From assembly GCA_963793265.1 (NCBI GenBank), contig CAWBZI010000006.1, positions 672,001 to 736,000 of the forward strand: a stretch of DNA of 64,000 nucleotides, given 5' to 3'. Below are positions 17,944-28,223 of this stretch, one piece after another. Source of the DNA: an uncultured cyanobacterium. Its GTDB lineage: Bacteria > Cyanobacteriota > Cyanobacteriia > Phormidesmidales > Phormidesmidaceae. A model generated the notes under the pieces. That model did not search any database. It was not told the DNA's origin and saw only the letters and a list, made by a program, of their open reading frames with translations. Positions within the stretch are counted from its first letter, which is position 1, and the number at the start of each line of letters is the position of its first letter. The translations under genes and the position numbers were made by a program.

Positions 17944-20472
17944 TTAGTTGTTATTGATTGCCCGAGAACGCTCTGCATAATAAAGACTCTTCATCGCGTT
18001 GTTTTTGACAGGCCGCTGAGTAGGCACTTGGCGAGAAGCAAACCAGTAAGACGAGCGCTCAAATGGATAGGTCGGCAGCGGCATTTTTTGTCGGCAATAG
18101 CCCGCATCAAAAACCGCCCAGTCAACCTCAGCGCCACTCACAAACAGCTCACCCAAATGAGAGAGAAGCTGCGGCCAAATCTCTATCCCATCCTGCATAG
18201 CTAGCAGCTTTACAGCCCCCAACTCTGCTTTACTCAGGCATCCAAACACAGATCCCTCTACGCCCATACACAGCGCTATGTCATAGCCCGAAAGTCCGGT
18301 TAACGGCAGCTTTTTATAGGTGTCTGGATGATCGCTCGCAGAGACAAACTGCGATACTGCTTGCTGCAACAGTGGGCTATAGGCATTAACGCGCACCTCA
18401 GTAAAAGCGTGGGGAGAAGAAGGGCTAATAGGGGCAGAAATAGCAGCGGTAGCCGCAGAGAGTAGCGGTAGGTGAGGCAGTTTGTAGGTGAGTGACGCAG
18501 CGCTCCAAAGCGGTGTTGTTAGCGGTAAAGACAGCAGGGGCAGCACTTCTCTAATATCTAACAGACCGGAAACGCAGGCTGCGACATATTCGCCTAAGCC
18601 TCTGCCCATCACAGCTCTAGGCACAATGCCCCAGGTTTGCCAGAGGGTGCTAAGCGCGTAGCTCGCGGCAAATCCACTCACCCGTGCCACCGCTGGCTCA
18701 GTTGCAAAAGAAGCCGTTAGGCGGAGCTGCCTCCCAACCAGGCGCGAGCAGAGATCGAAGGATTCGCGGAACACAGGCTGCGTTTTGTACAGGTGGTTGC
18801 CCAGGGCCAAGGTGCCTGCTGTCGCTGGTTCAGGAAAGTAAAACACTATCTTAGGGCGCTTTCTCCTCTGCGCTTTGCCGGTAATAAACTGACTGGCCAG
18901 CAAAGTCTCTTCGCCTTCTGCAAACTGGGCAAGCTGCTGTTGTAAGTGCGATCGCGAATGACTCACCAAACAAAGCCGCTCGGCAAAGTGAGTGCGCCCG
19001 GTATTTGCGGCAAAGCAGATATCGGCCAAGGAAGTCTCGGGCTGTGAGGTAGCAGCCATGCTCCCCTGTCCGCTAAGTAAAAAGTCACTGTAGCGCTGTG
19101 CTAAAGCTCGCAAAGCCGTTTTACTTTTGGCTGTCATCGCAAAAACATGATGCGACCTATCGCCATAAAGCGCGCTGTCGGCAAGTCTCACACCAACCGG
19201 CGTTTCCTCAATCACCAAATGAGCATTCGTGCCGCCAAATCCAAACGTACTCACGCCCGCTATACGAGGTCGCGAGCCGCGCTGCCAGGGTTTACCCGCC
19301 GCCAAAATCTCAAACAATCCGTCATTCAAATCAACATAGTCATTCGCCCGCTCAAAATTTAGCTGCGGCGGAATCTCGCCGTGCTGCAACGCCAGCACTA
19401 CCTTAATCAGGCTGGCAATGCCCGAAGCCGCCTCTAAGTGACCGATACTCGGCTTCAGCGAGCCAATCGTACAGGCTTCTTTACGCCCCGCTGCTAGCAC
19501 CTTTCTCAACGCCTTAAATTCGATGGCATCCCCCAAGGGCGTTCCTACCGCGTGTGCTTCTACATAGTCAACCTCTGCGGGAGTAACAGAACTATTTGCC
19601 AAGCTCTGTTGAATTAAAGCCTGCTGAGCGCGACCGTTAGGAGCAACCATGCTGTTGCTCAATCCATCTTGATTAACAGCCGAACCGCGAATAACAGCCA
19701 AAATATTATCACCATCAGCGATCGCATCATTCAACCGCTTTAGCACCACCACCCCGCAGCCCTCACCTCTCACATAGCCATCGGCATTAGCATCAAAGGG
19801 TCGGCATTCGCCTTTAGCCGAGAGCAGCCCAGTCTGCGAAGAGGAGATCATCGAGTCGGGTGAGAGAATGAGATTAACGCCGCCTGCAATGCCCAGGTTT
19901 GTCTCTTGTGATCGCAAACTCTGCATCGCTAAATGCACAGCTACCAGCGAAGAAGAACAGGCAGCATCTACCGCCATACTCGGCCCTCTTAAGTCCAACA
20001 GATACGAAAGCCGGTTGGCTGTAATCGACATTGTGGTGCCCGTGCCGCTATGCGGGCCAATGCAGTCAAAGTCTTTGTACAGCAGGCGGTGGTAGTCAAT
20101 CGTGCACAGCCCCGTAAACACGCCCGTAGCGCTACCGCCCAAGCCCATCGGAGCAACGCCCGCATGTTCAAGTGCCTCCCATGCCACCTCTAAAAACAAG
20201 CGCTGTTGCGGATCGATATGGGCAGCTTCAGCATCACTGATACCGAAAAAAGACGCGTCAAATTGATCAACATCCTTTAAGAAGCCGCCCCGACAGCTAC
20301 TCATTTTCCCGGCGATGCGAGGGTCAGGATCGTAAAAGTGTGCACTCTCCCAGCGCTCAGTTGGAACCGTGCTAATGGCGCGATCGCCGCTTTGCAACAA
20401 ACGCCAAAAGGCTTCGGGACTATTCGCCTGTGGGAACCGGCAGCCAATGCCGATAATTGCAATAGGTTCCAT
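17944..20472 (-). CDS. Type I PKS: ketosynthase plus degenerate acyltransferase
   Basis: EPIAIIGIGCRFP, DPQQRLFLE, DAACSSSL (Cys), EAHAVGT (His), GHLEAASG (His), LPTYPFER. The AT active site reads GRGLGEY instead of GHSxGE. Confidence 0.92.
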   Translation of the reverse strand: MEPIAIIGIGCRFPQANSPEAFWRLLQSGDRAISTVPTERWESAHFYDPDPRIAGKMSSCRGGFLKDVDQFDASFFGISDAEAAHIDPQQRLFLEVAWEALEHAGVAPMGLGGSATGVFTGLCTIDYHRLLYKDFDCIGPHSGTGTTMSITANRLSYLLDLRGPSMAVDAACSSSLVAVHLAMQSLRSQETNLGIAGGVNLILSPDSMISSSQTGLLSAKGECRPFDANADGYVRGEGCGVVVLKRLNDAIADGDNILAVIRGSAVNQDGLSNSMVAPNGRAQQALIQQSLANSSVTPAEVDYVEAHAVGTPLGDAIEFKALRKVLAAGRKEACTIGSLKPSIGHLEAASGIASLIKVVLALQHGEIPPQLNFERANDYVDLNDGLFEILAAGKPWQRGSRPRIAGVSTFGFGGTNAHLVIEETPVGVRLADSALYGDRSHHVFAMTAKSKTALRALAQRYSDFLLSGQGSMAATSQPETSLADICFAANTGRTHFAERLCLVSHSRSHLQQQLAQFAEGEETLLASQFITGKAQRRKRPKIVFYFPEPATAGTLALGNHLYKTQPVFRESFDLCSRLVGRQLRLTASFATEPAVARVSGFAASYALSTLWQTWGIVPRAVMGRGLGEYVAACVSGLLDIREVLPLLSLPLTTPLWSAASLTYKLPHLPLLSAATAAISAPISPSSPHAFTEVRVNAYSPLLQQAVSQFVSASDHPDTYKKLPLTGLSGYDIALCMGVEGSVFGCLSKAELGAVKLLAMQDGIEIWPQLLSHLGELFVSGAEVDWAVFDAGYCRQKMPLPTYPFERSSYWFASRQVPTQRPVKNNAMKSLYYAERSRAINNN

Positions 20473-20559
20473 ATTCTGTATACTCCAGGGGCCTCTACGA
20501 GTAAGAGGTTAGAAAGAGATTCTTTGCGGCAATAAGCCTGCAACTGTGGTGACCACAAA

Positions 20560-21939
20560 CTAGGCCGCTGTCTCAAAAAACTGTTTCATCGTTTGCTTGT
20601 TCGCCGCTAGCGCGCTCAAAATAGCGCCCCGACTTTCCATAGCGCCCATCGTCCGATTGACGGGCCACAGATAGTCCACATCAGCAAAAAAGTCTTGCAG
20701 TTCCTTCAGCAATCGCTGCCGATTAGCCGCTGCCGTATGAATACCGCTGTGCTCCTGGCACAGACATTTCTCCATCCAGTGCCTTGCTTCTGTTTTAGAG
20801 AAACCAAACGCAGAAGACTGTAGCAGTTGATACAACAGTTCTAAAATAGTGAAATCATCGGCAAAATAACGGTGAGGCAGCACCGCCGAAAGCCCGCCCA
20901 GCGTGCCTTTTTGCATTTTCAAGATAATGCTGTTGGCGACTATCTTTTCGTAGGCACTCGGCGCTGAGAAGGCTTTGTACAAATCTCTTGCAAGCAGCTT
21001 GGAGATAGTAGTGTGAAAAGCCTCATCTAAAAAGTGATAGCGCGAGATAGCCGTTGGCGCAGGCACCGAGTCTCCTTTGTTTTCTAGCTGCTTGGCATGT
21101 TTGGCGATCGCATGTTCCATATTCTTCAAATACAGGTTCGCAATCATCCGAATGGTATAGAACTGGCAGGCCATAAACGGCGAGCCTGCCCCCCAGCTAA
21201 AGCCATAAAAGCTTTGCCACGGTAGCGACGGGCCAATAGAACGCCCCAGCATCCCCGCCGTCGGTGCCTTCAAGATAAATCGACTATCTTGTTCAACCGT
21301 TTGCAAATACTGGGAGTATTGATGGGGTTGTTTCCCAGCTGTTCTAGCAACCTGTCGAAGCGCGTAATACTGATAGGTTGGCAGCTTCTTTTTGCCCAGC
21401 ATCAGCTTATACGAGTTCCACTTCAGCAGCGCATTGAGCCCCGAGCGCCCAATTAATGCCGTCGCCGTCATCAGACCCACCTTACGGAAAGCCTTAATAT
21501 GATCGTGCTCCTGTTCTGTTTCAAAAGCCAGCTCAGAAGCCAGCGTATCGTAGCCGCCAATCGACTCAAACACGCTAGCTGTCACCTGGTTATACATCAC
21601 CGTTTCGGTTTCCGAATTAGAGATGTAGTTGTAGTTTGCAAACCAGCTCAGATGGTTGAGCGCTAGCTTTTGAGCTTCGGTAGCCTCAGCGTATAAAGGC
21701 GTGCCGTACAGCAAAGAATGGCTGGGATCGCTCCAGAGGCGATCGCGATTCTTTTGATAGCTAAACGTCCGGCTCAAGTCAGCAATTTTCTCGGTATAGT
21801 CAGAATCAAGATTGTTGCGATAGGTCGTCTCAACCAGCCTGGACGTTTTACGCGTCAGCGCGTCATGGGCAGAACGTCTAGACCTTTGGTTAGTTTTTTG
21901 GTCGGCTTTTTGGTCAGGTAGTGCATTAGCAACTGTCAT
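20560..21939 (-). CDS. CylC-type dimetal-carboxylate aliphatic halogenase (AurF-like fold)
   Basis: SLLYGTPLY...QKLALNHL, SETET, ETEQEHDHIKAF and SRYHFLDEAFHTT metal-ligand motifs; ~460 aa; directly after FAAL-ACP. ATG at 21939 has an upstream AGGAG. Confidence 0.85.
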   Translation of the reverse strand: MTVANALPDQKADQKTNQRSRRSAHDALTRKTSRLVETTYRNNLDSDYTEKIADLSRTFSYQKNRDRLWSDPSHSLLYGTPLYAEATEAQKLALNHLSWFANYNYISNSETETVMYNQVTASVFESIGGYDTLASELAFETEQEHDHIKAFRKVGLMTATALIGRSGLNALLKWNSYKLMLGKKKLPTYQYYALRQVARTAGKQPHQYSQYLQTVEQDSRFILKAPTAGMLGRSIGPSLPWQSFYGFSWGAGSPFMACQFYTIRMIANLYLKNMEHAIAKHAKQLENKGDSVPAPTAISRYHFLDEAFHTTISKLLARDLYKAFSAPSAYEKIVANSIILKMQKGTLGGLSAVLPHRYFADDFTILELLYQLLQSSAFGFSKTEARHWMEKCLCQEHSGIHTAAANRQRLLKELQDFFADVDYLWPVNRTMGAMESRGAILSALAANKQTMKQFFETAA

Positions 21940-21944
21940 AGACT

Positions 21945-22208
21945 CTACGATTCTCCTAAATAACAAACCAAGCTTTCCACTGTCGGATAGTCATACAGCA
22001 AAGTAGGATCGACTTCTTTACCTAGCCAGTCTTCAAGATCTCCGGTCAAGCCGATGGCCGCCGAAGAGTCTAAGCCATAGCTATCAAAGGGCACTTCGGT
22101 ATCAATCTCATCAGAGCTTATTTCTAAAAGTCCTGATAAATAGGCAACAATCCACGCTCTAATCTCTTCATCTGTAACGTTAGAAACCTGTCTTTCTTTA
22201 ACTTCCAT
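21945..22208 (-). CDS. Acyl carrier protein (FAAL partner)
   Basis: IRAWIVAYL...FDSYGLDSSAA...PTLLYDYPTVESL. Confidence 0.93.
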   Translation of the reverse strand: MEVKERQVSNVTDEEIRAWIVAYLSGLLEISSDEIDTEVPFDSYGLDSSAAIGLTGDLEDWLGKEVDPTLLYDYPTVESLVCYLGES

Positions 22209-22549
22209 CTAAAAAACCTTTATTTTCATGTACTTGTAGAATAATTGCTCACTTATCTCGGCAGCTAAACTTAGCAAGATGAGTGACGAATGTTTTAGGC
22301 AGCACGCGCCTGAGTCGCTAGTCTAAAATACTGGTTAAATCTCAAGCCAAAGTTTTAGAGAAGGGAGTCACCTGCTACCTGGCTTCAAACATCCAATCTC
22401 TCTTGAATTGATTGGTAAGTTTGATACGCTGTAATCAGGCCGCAATCGGAAGGCTGAAGAGGAAAAACAAAAAAATTACTCTCTGTGCTATCTCTCTTTG
22501 TTATGTAGACCGATTCGCTCAAAGGTTGTTCCGATCTATTTCTTCTTTT

Positions 22550-24436
22550 TTATGATTTATTTTTCCTCTCTATTGTCTTTAAAATTGAATCTACCTCGCT
22601 TTGAATTTTGACAAATTCACTTTTGTGCGTCGGGCTCTCACTCCAGTCTTTTACAATTGCCAGCTCTCCCGATAAAAACAGATCGCGGCAGCGGTAGCGC
22701 TGAAGTTTTCCACTAGAGGTTTTGGGAATGCTCCCAGGCTTTACCAGCAAAGTTGCATACACTTGCAGGTCGTGAGCTGCCGCGATCGCCCGACGAACAC
22801 AGCCACTCACCGCCACTACATCTAGCTTACGCACGTGCGATCGCGCTACCTCCGAGACAATCACCAGCCGCTCTTTGCCTTTATGCTCTATCGAAAAAGC
22901 TGCGATCGCCCCCACCTTCAAAGCCGCATGAGCTGTCTCCAACGTTCGCTCAATATCCTGAGGGTAATAGTTTTTCCCTCGAATAATCATCACATCTTTA
23001 ATGCGCCCAGTCACAAACAGCTCTTGACCTTCTAAAAAGCCCAGATCTCCCGTCCGCAAAAATGGCCCCGCAAAAGTATCTGCCGTATAGGCTTGAAAAG
23101 TCTGCGAAGTCTCCTCGGGCTTTCGCCAATAGCCTTTGGCCACGCTTTCGCCCTGCACCCAGATCTCACCCACTTCACCAGACGAACAACACGTCAGCGT
23201 CTCAGGATGAACAATCTTCACGCGCTGATCCTGCAGGCTTTGGCCGCAGCCAACAACCGTCACAAACCCGAAATCATTCTTCTTATTCTTGTCAGCTTCA
23301 CCGACCGCTTCCACTTGATGTTGACCAAGCTTTTGGGCATCAACGTGTTTTATTGTTGGCTTCGCGGCTATCTCACCGCCCGATACGATTAGGGTTGTCT
23401 CAGCCATGCCATAGCAAGGATAGAAAGCCTCACTGCTAAAGCCGTAGGGCTCAAAAACTTCACCAAACCGGGCCAGGGTGTCAGCGCGAATAGGCTCTGC
23501 CCCGGTAAAGGCAACCTGCCAACTGCTCAGATCAAGACCTTTTAGCGGTGCCGGATTCTCTTCACGTGAGAGCAAAATTTGGGCTTTGCGAGCACATAAA
23601 TCGTAGGCAAAATCTGGCCCGCCGCTGGTTGTTCCTCTATAGTCAGAAACGGCTCGCAGCCAGCGTAAAGGCTTTTGCAAAAAATCAACCGGAGACATCA
23701 GCGTTACTTCAAAGCCGCCGTATAGTGGCTGAAGAATACCCCCAATCAAACCCATATCGTGATACGGCGGTAGCCAGATAACGCCTTTGCTATCTGCACT
23801 ATGACCAAAGCAACGGTGAATTGCTGCTAGGTTATGCAACAGATTTTCTTGAGTGACCATGACACCCTTAGGCGTACCTGTCGATCCCGAAGTGTACTGT
23901 AAGAACGCAAGCGAACTAGGCGTAGCGTTGCGATCCCAAAAGTGGGCGTCTGCTGGCACATCTTCTGTAATCACATCTACCGAAAGCCACGGAATATCTG
24001 CTAAAGGCGATGATTCGTCAAACCATTTTCCAATCTTGTCGGCTAGATCAGCTGTGGTGAGGACAGCCGTTGCCGCTGAATCATCCACAATAGAAAGCAG
24101 CCGCAGCAGCTTTTGGTTTTTACGGGGAGGATAAGCCGGTACCGCCGTAACCCCTGCGTACAGGCATCCCAAGAAGGCTGTCACAAAATCCAGACCGGGA
24201 GAGAACAGCAGCAGCGCCCGCCCGCCTGTGATGTTAAGCGATCGCAAATGAGCAGCTACCGCCCGAGCCCGAGCCCGCAGCGTTTGATAGTCCATCTGAC
24301 CATCAGGCACCTCGCCTCTTCGCAAGTACCGATAGGCAAGGTCGTGCGGCTGATGCTGCGCGCGATAGTCTAACAGTTCAGTGAAGCTCAAACCTGCCGG
24401 AACAATCTCTGATGAGATCTGTAAAGTTGTTGTCAC
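22550..24436 (-). CDS. Fatty acyl-AMP ligase (FAAL)
   Basis: AFLQYTSGSTGTPKGV, WLPPYHDMGLIG, YPCYGMAETTL, FLRTGDLGF, IPKTSSGKLQR. Confidence 0.94.
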   Translation of the reverse strand: MTTTLQISSEIVPAGLSFTELLDYRAQHQPHDLAYRYLRRGEVPDGQMDYQTLRARARAVAAHLRSLNITGGRALLLFSPGLDFVTAFLGCLYAGVTAVPAYPPRKNQKLLRLLSIVDDSAATAVLTTADLADKIGKWFDESSPLADIPWLSVDVITEDVPADAHFWDRNATPSSLAFLQYTSGSTGTPKGVMVTQENLLHNLAAIHRCFGHSADSKGVIWLPPYHDMGLIGGILQPLYGGFEVTLMSPVDFLQKPLRWLRAVSDYRGTTSGGPDFAYDLCARKAQILLSREENPAPLKGLDLSSWQVAFTGAEPIRADTLARFGEVFEPYGFSSEAFYPCYGMAETTLIVSGGEIAAKPTIKHVDAQKLGQHQVEAVGEADKNKKNDFGFVTVVGCGQSLQDQRVKIVHPETLTCCSSGEVGEIWVQGESVAKGYWRKPEETSQTFQAYTADTFAGPFLRTGDLGFLEGQELFVTGRIKDVMIIRGKNYYPQDIERTLETAHAALKVGAIAAFSIEHKGKERLVIVSEVARSHVRKLDVVAVSGCVRRAIAAAHDLQVYATLLVKPGSIPKTSSGKLQRYRCRDLFLSGELAIVKDWSESPTHKSEFVKIQSEVDSILKTIERKNKS

Positions 24437-24506
24437 AAGACGAAGCCTCTCTCATTTATTGTCAATAAAACAAATGTCAGCGCCTACAAGGTCGATCTCC
24501 CAATCT

Positions 24507-24576
24507 CCCCTGCCCCTCTCTGGCCTCTAAACCTTGACCATAAACATAGTAAGGTTAACTCAGAGAGGGGCAGGGG
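24507..24576. other. Long GC-rich stem-loop between RTX gene and FAAL
   Basis: Perfect 16-bp arms CCCCTGCCCCTCTCTG (24507-24522) / CAGAGAGGGGCAGGGG (24561-24576), with inner AACCTT/AAGGTT pairing. Confidence 0.7.
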
Positions 24577-24594
24577 GCAACACCCTACATCGCC

Positions 24595-25845
24595 CTATAC
24601 GAAGTGAGCACTATACTCTAGGCTAATGTGCGCCGTATTTTGTAAGAAGGCAATGCGATCGCCCTGAAATAAAATCTGCGTGCTACCATCACTTTCTTGC
24701 ACAGCATAATCACTCGCTGAGCCCGAGAGCACAAGCTTATCTTTGCCCACCATAAAGTCAGCAATTCCGGCAAAATCATGAACACCATCACCGACGTAAT
24801 AAGCGCCATTAGCATCGCCCAAAACAAACTTGTCGTAGCCATCGCCGCTGATAATAAAGTCTTGCTCACCGCGACCCGCGTTTTTAGCGTCCGTGCCATT
24901 CAAGATATCATCACCCAGCAGTCCGGTAAGCGTATCGTCGCCCGCGCCGCCTTCTAGAAAGTCACCGCCGACGCCGCCAATCATCGTGTCGTCGCCATGA
25001 CCACCAAAGATGCGATCGCTGCCACCACCACCTTCTAGCGTATCATCGCCACCCGCGCCGTATATCTTGTCGTCGCCCGCGCCACCTTCTATTATGTTGT
25101 CTTCATCATCACCAACAATATCGTCATTAAAGGCCGTGCCCACCACATTCTCGATACTGCTCAGGTGCTCACGACCATAAATACCATCGGCAAACTCTTC
25201 TTCTAAGTCAACGCGCACCGCACCTTTGCTATCCAAGAAAGAAACCGTGTCGTTGCCAAAGCCGCCGTCGAGAAAGTCTAGGCCATCGCCGCCCTGCAAA
25301 AAGTCGTTACCGTTTCCACCGAACAATTCATCGTCACCGTTGCCGCCAAATAGATCGTCATTGCCATGGTCGCCAAAGAGAGTATCGTCGCCATTGTCAC
25401 CAAAGAGAAAGTCGTTACCATCTTCTCCTTCTAGCAGATCGTTGCCATCGCCACCGTGAATGTTGTCGATGCCGTCGCCGCCAAATAGCTCGTCGTTACC
25501 GAGCCCACCTTTAAGCAAATCATTGCCATCATCGCCCCATAACTCATCGTGACCGCTACCCCCAATTAAGGTATCGTCACCGTTGCCACCTGTGAGTTCA
25601 TCATCACCGTTGCCACCGTCTACAACGTCGTTACCATCTTCTCCTTCTACAAAGTCATCGCCATCGCCGCCATATAGCTTGTCGTAGCCGTCGCCACCAA
25701 AGATTTCATCGTGACCGCCTAAGCCAAAAAGGATGTCGTTGCCACCAAATCCATCAATCCAGTCGCTTTCGCCGGTACCAAATAGCTCATTAAAACCGTC
25801 ATCGCCCTCAACCCGATTGAAGGTCCAATACGAAAAGAATCCCAT
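24595..25845 (-). CDS. RTX (hemolysin-type Ca-binding) repeat protein
   Basis: Long arrays of GGxGxDxLx nonapeptides; C-terminal GEQD...DKFVLGDA...ADF...DKLVLSGSASDY domain. Confidence 0.9.
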   Translation of the reverse strand: MGFFSYWTFNRVEGDDGFNELFGTGESDWIDGFGGNDILFGLGGHDEIFGGDGYDKLYGGDGDDFVEGEDGNDVVDGGNGDDELTGGNGDDTLIGGSGHDELWGDDGNDLLKGGLGNDELFGGDGIDNIHGGDGNDLLEGEDGNDFLFGDNGDDTLFGDHGNDDLFGGNGDDELFGGNGNDFLQGGDGLDFLDGGFGNDTVSFLDSKGAVRVDLEEEFADGIYGREHLSSIENVVGTAFNDDIVGDDEDNIIEGGAGDDKIYGAGGDDTLEGGGGSDRIFGGHGDDTMIGGVGGDFLEGGAGDDTLTGLLGDDILNGTDAKNAGRGEQDFIISGDGYDKFVLGDANGAYYVGDGVHDFAGIADFMVGKDKLVLSGSASDYAVQESDGSTQILFQGDRIAFLQNTAHISLEYSAHFV

Positions 25846-26318
25846 AAATTAATGCCTTGTGAGTAATTCTGATAGGAAGGTGAACTATTTGCTGCTGTTG
25901 ACGCTGTGGTTAACAGCAGCAAATAGTTCATCACATCAGTAAAACTATCACATAACTTAGTTATGTTTACTTTCGCATAATTGGGGATTTATAAAAATAA
26001 GAACTCAGTAGCATATCTACAAATATTTCTGATTCTTCCTAAATATCTCTATGACTGTAGGAATGTCAGCTATGTTCCTGATCCCCTGCAAACAACACTT
26101 TTAAATATGAAAGTGCTATGTTTTTGCGTTGACTATATCTAATAAGACACATAAATTGCGTTCTGTTGCATTCACATTAGCCAGATATATATCAGAAATT
26201 GTCAGACAAAAGGAAAACTTATAATTCGTATTTGATATTACATTCCTGATTTGCGCTGATCCTAGCGAATCAGAATACTTTTTAGGATAGACTTAAACAC
26301 ATGCAGATTCAGTTACCG

Positions 26319-26334
26319 ATAGATGTTTATCTAT
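26319..26334 (+). promoter_or_regulatory. CcmR/NdhR-type LysR operator ATAG-N8-CTAT upstream of sbtA
   Basis: Exact ATAG-ATGTTTAT-CTAT ~180 nt upstream of sbtA, a known CcmR target gene. Confidence 0.75.
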
Positions 26335-26435
26335 ATTAAAACGGGTTGAATACAGCTTCGCTCCCTGCCACGTTCAGAAAAAGGCCACCTCTGGACACCC
26401 TAGCTGCAGGTTTTCTCGTAGCAACTCTGCTGTCG

Positions 26436-26463
26436 GGGTGAAGCGCTTCACCCTTTCTTTTCT
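26436..26463 (+). promoter_or_regulatory. Terminator-like hairpin plus U-tract upstream of the sbtA start
   Basis: Perfect palindrome GGGTGAAGCGCTTCACCC followed by TTTCTTTTCT. Confidence 0.5.
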
Positions 26464-26510
26464 CAACTTTGTTAAAGCTCACTTATTGCAGTTTAAGGAG
26501 GAGTTCCATC

Positions 26511-27897
<1,387 letters not shown>

Positions 27898-27923
27898 CTA
27901 CAGACAACGCAGATCTCAATACG

Positions 27924-27961
27924 AGTCTACGGAGGGAACATTATTGCCTTCGTAGACTTTT
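27924..27961 (+). terminator. Intrinsic terminator after sbtB
   Basis: AGTCTACGGAGG / CCTTCGTAGACT stem followed by TTT. Confidence 0.65.
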
Positions 27962-28015
27962 CACGTAATAGCGATGTTTTCCAAGGTGTCCAAAAGCTAG
28001 AGAAAATGGACTATT

Positions 28016-28147
28016 CTAATCCTCAAAAATCTTTGCAATAGTTGCCATTGGCAGAAATAAAGATGTGTCGCGATCTTCAAAAGGAATAAAGTCATACTTT
28101 AGCCAGAACGCCTTTGCACTATCGTCAATGGCATCTACGATTACGCT
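28016..28147 (-). pseudogene. C-terminal remnant of a GNAT acetyltransferase toxin (TacT/AtaT-like)
   Basis: Minus strand translates SVIVDAIDDSAKAFWLKYDFIPFEDRDTSLFLPMATIAKIFED*; most of the gene is missing. Confidence 0.75.
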
Positions 28148-28223
28148 ATCTAAACCTAGCCGAGAAGGGATTTTGAGTTGTCACAATAGCTGCAATACAC
28201 CTAAATTAACTGGCCAGAGAACA

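Noticed and set aside
17927..17990. Possible frameshift splitting one KS-AT-ACP module
   Set aside because: The ACP has its own plausible starts, there is an in-frame stop just upstream of 17978, and no slippery site is evident. Not excluded, but unsupported.
20560..21939. AurF-type arylamine N-oxygenase
   Set aside because: Length, motifs and FAAL-ACP context fit CylC-type halogenases; no aminobenzoate genes are nearby.
24900..25800. 27-bp periodic repeats resembling an array
   Set aside because: They encode RTX nonapeptides; there are no unique spacers or cas genes, so this is not CRISPR.
26008..26020. GTAGCATATCTAC as an NtcA box
   Set aside because: The spacer is 7 nt rather than 8.
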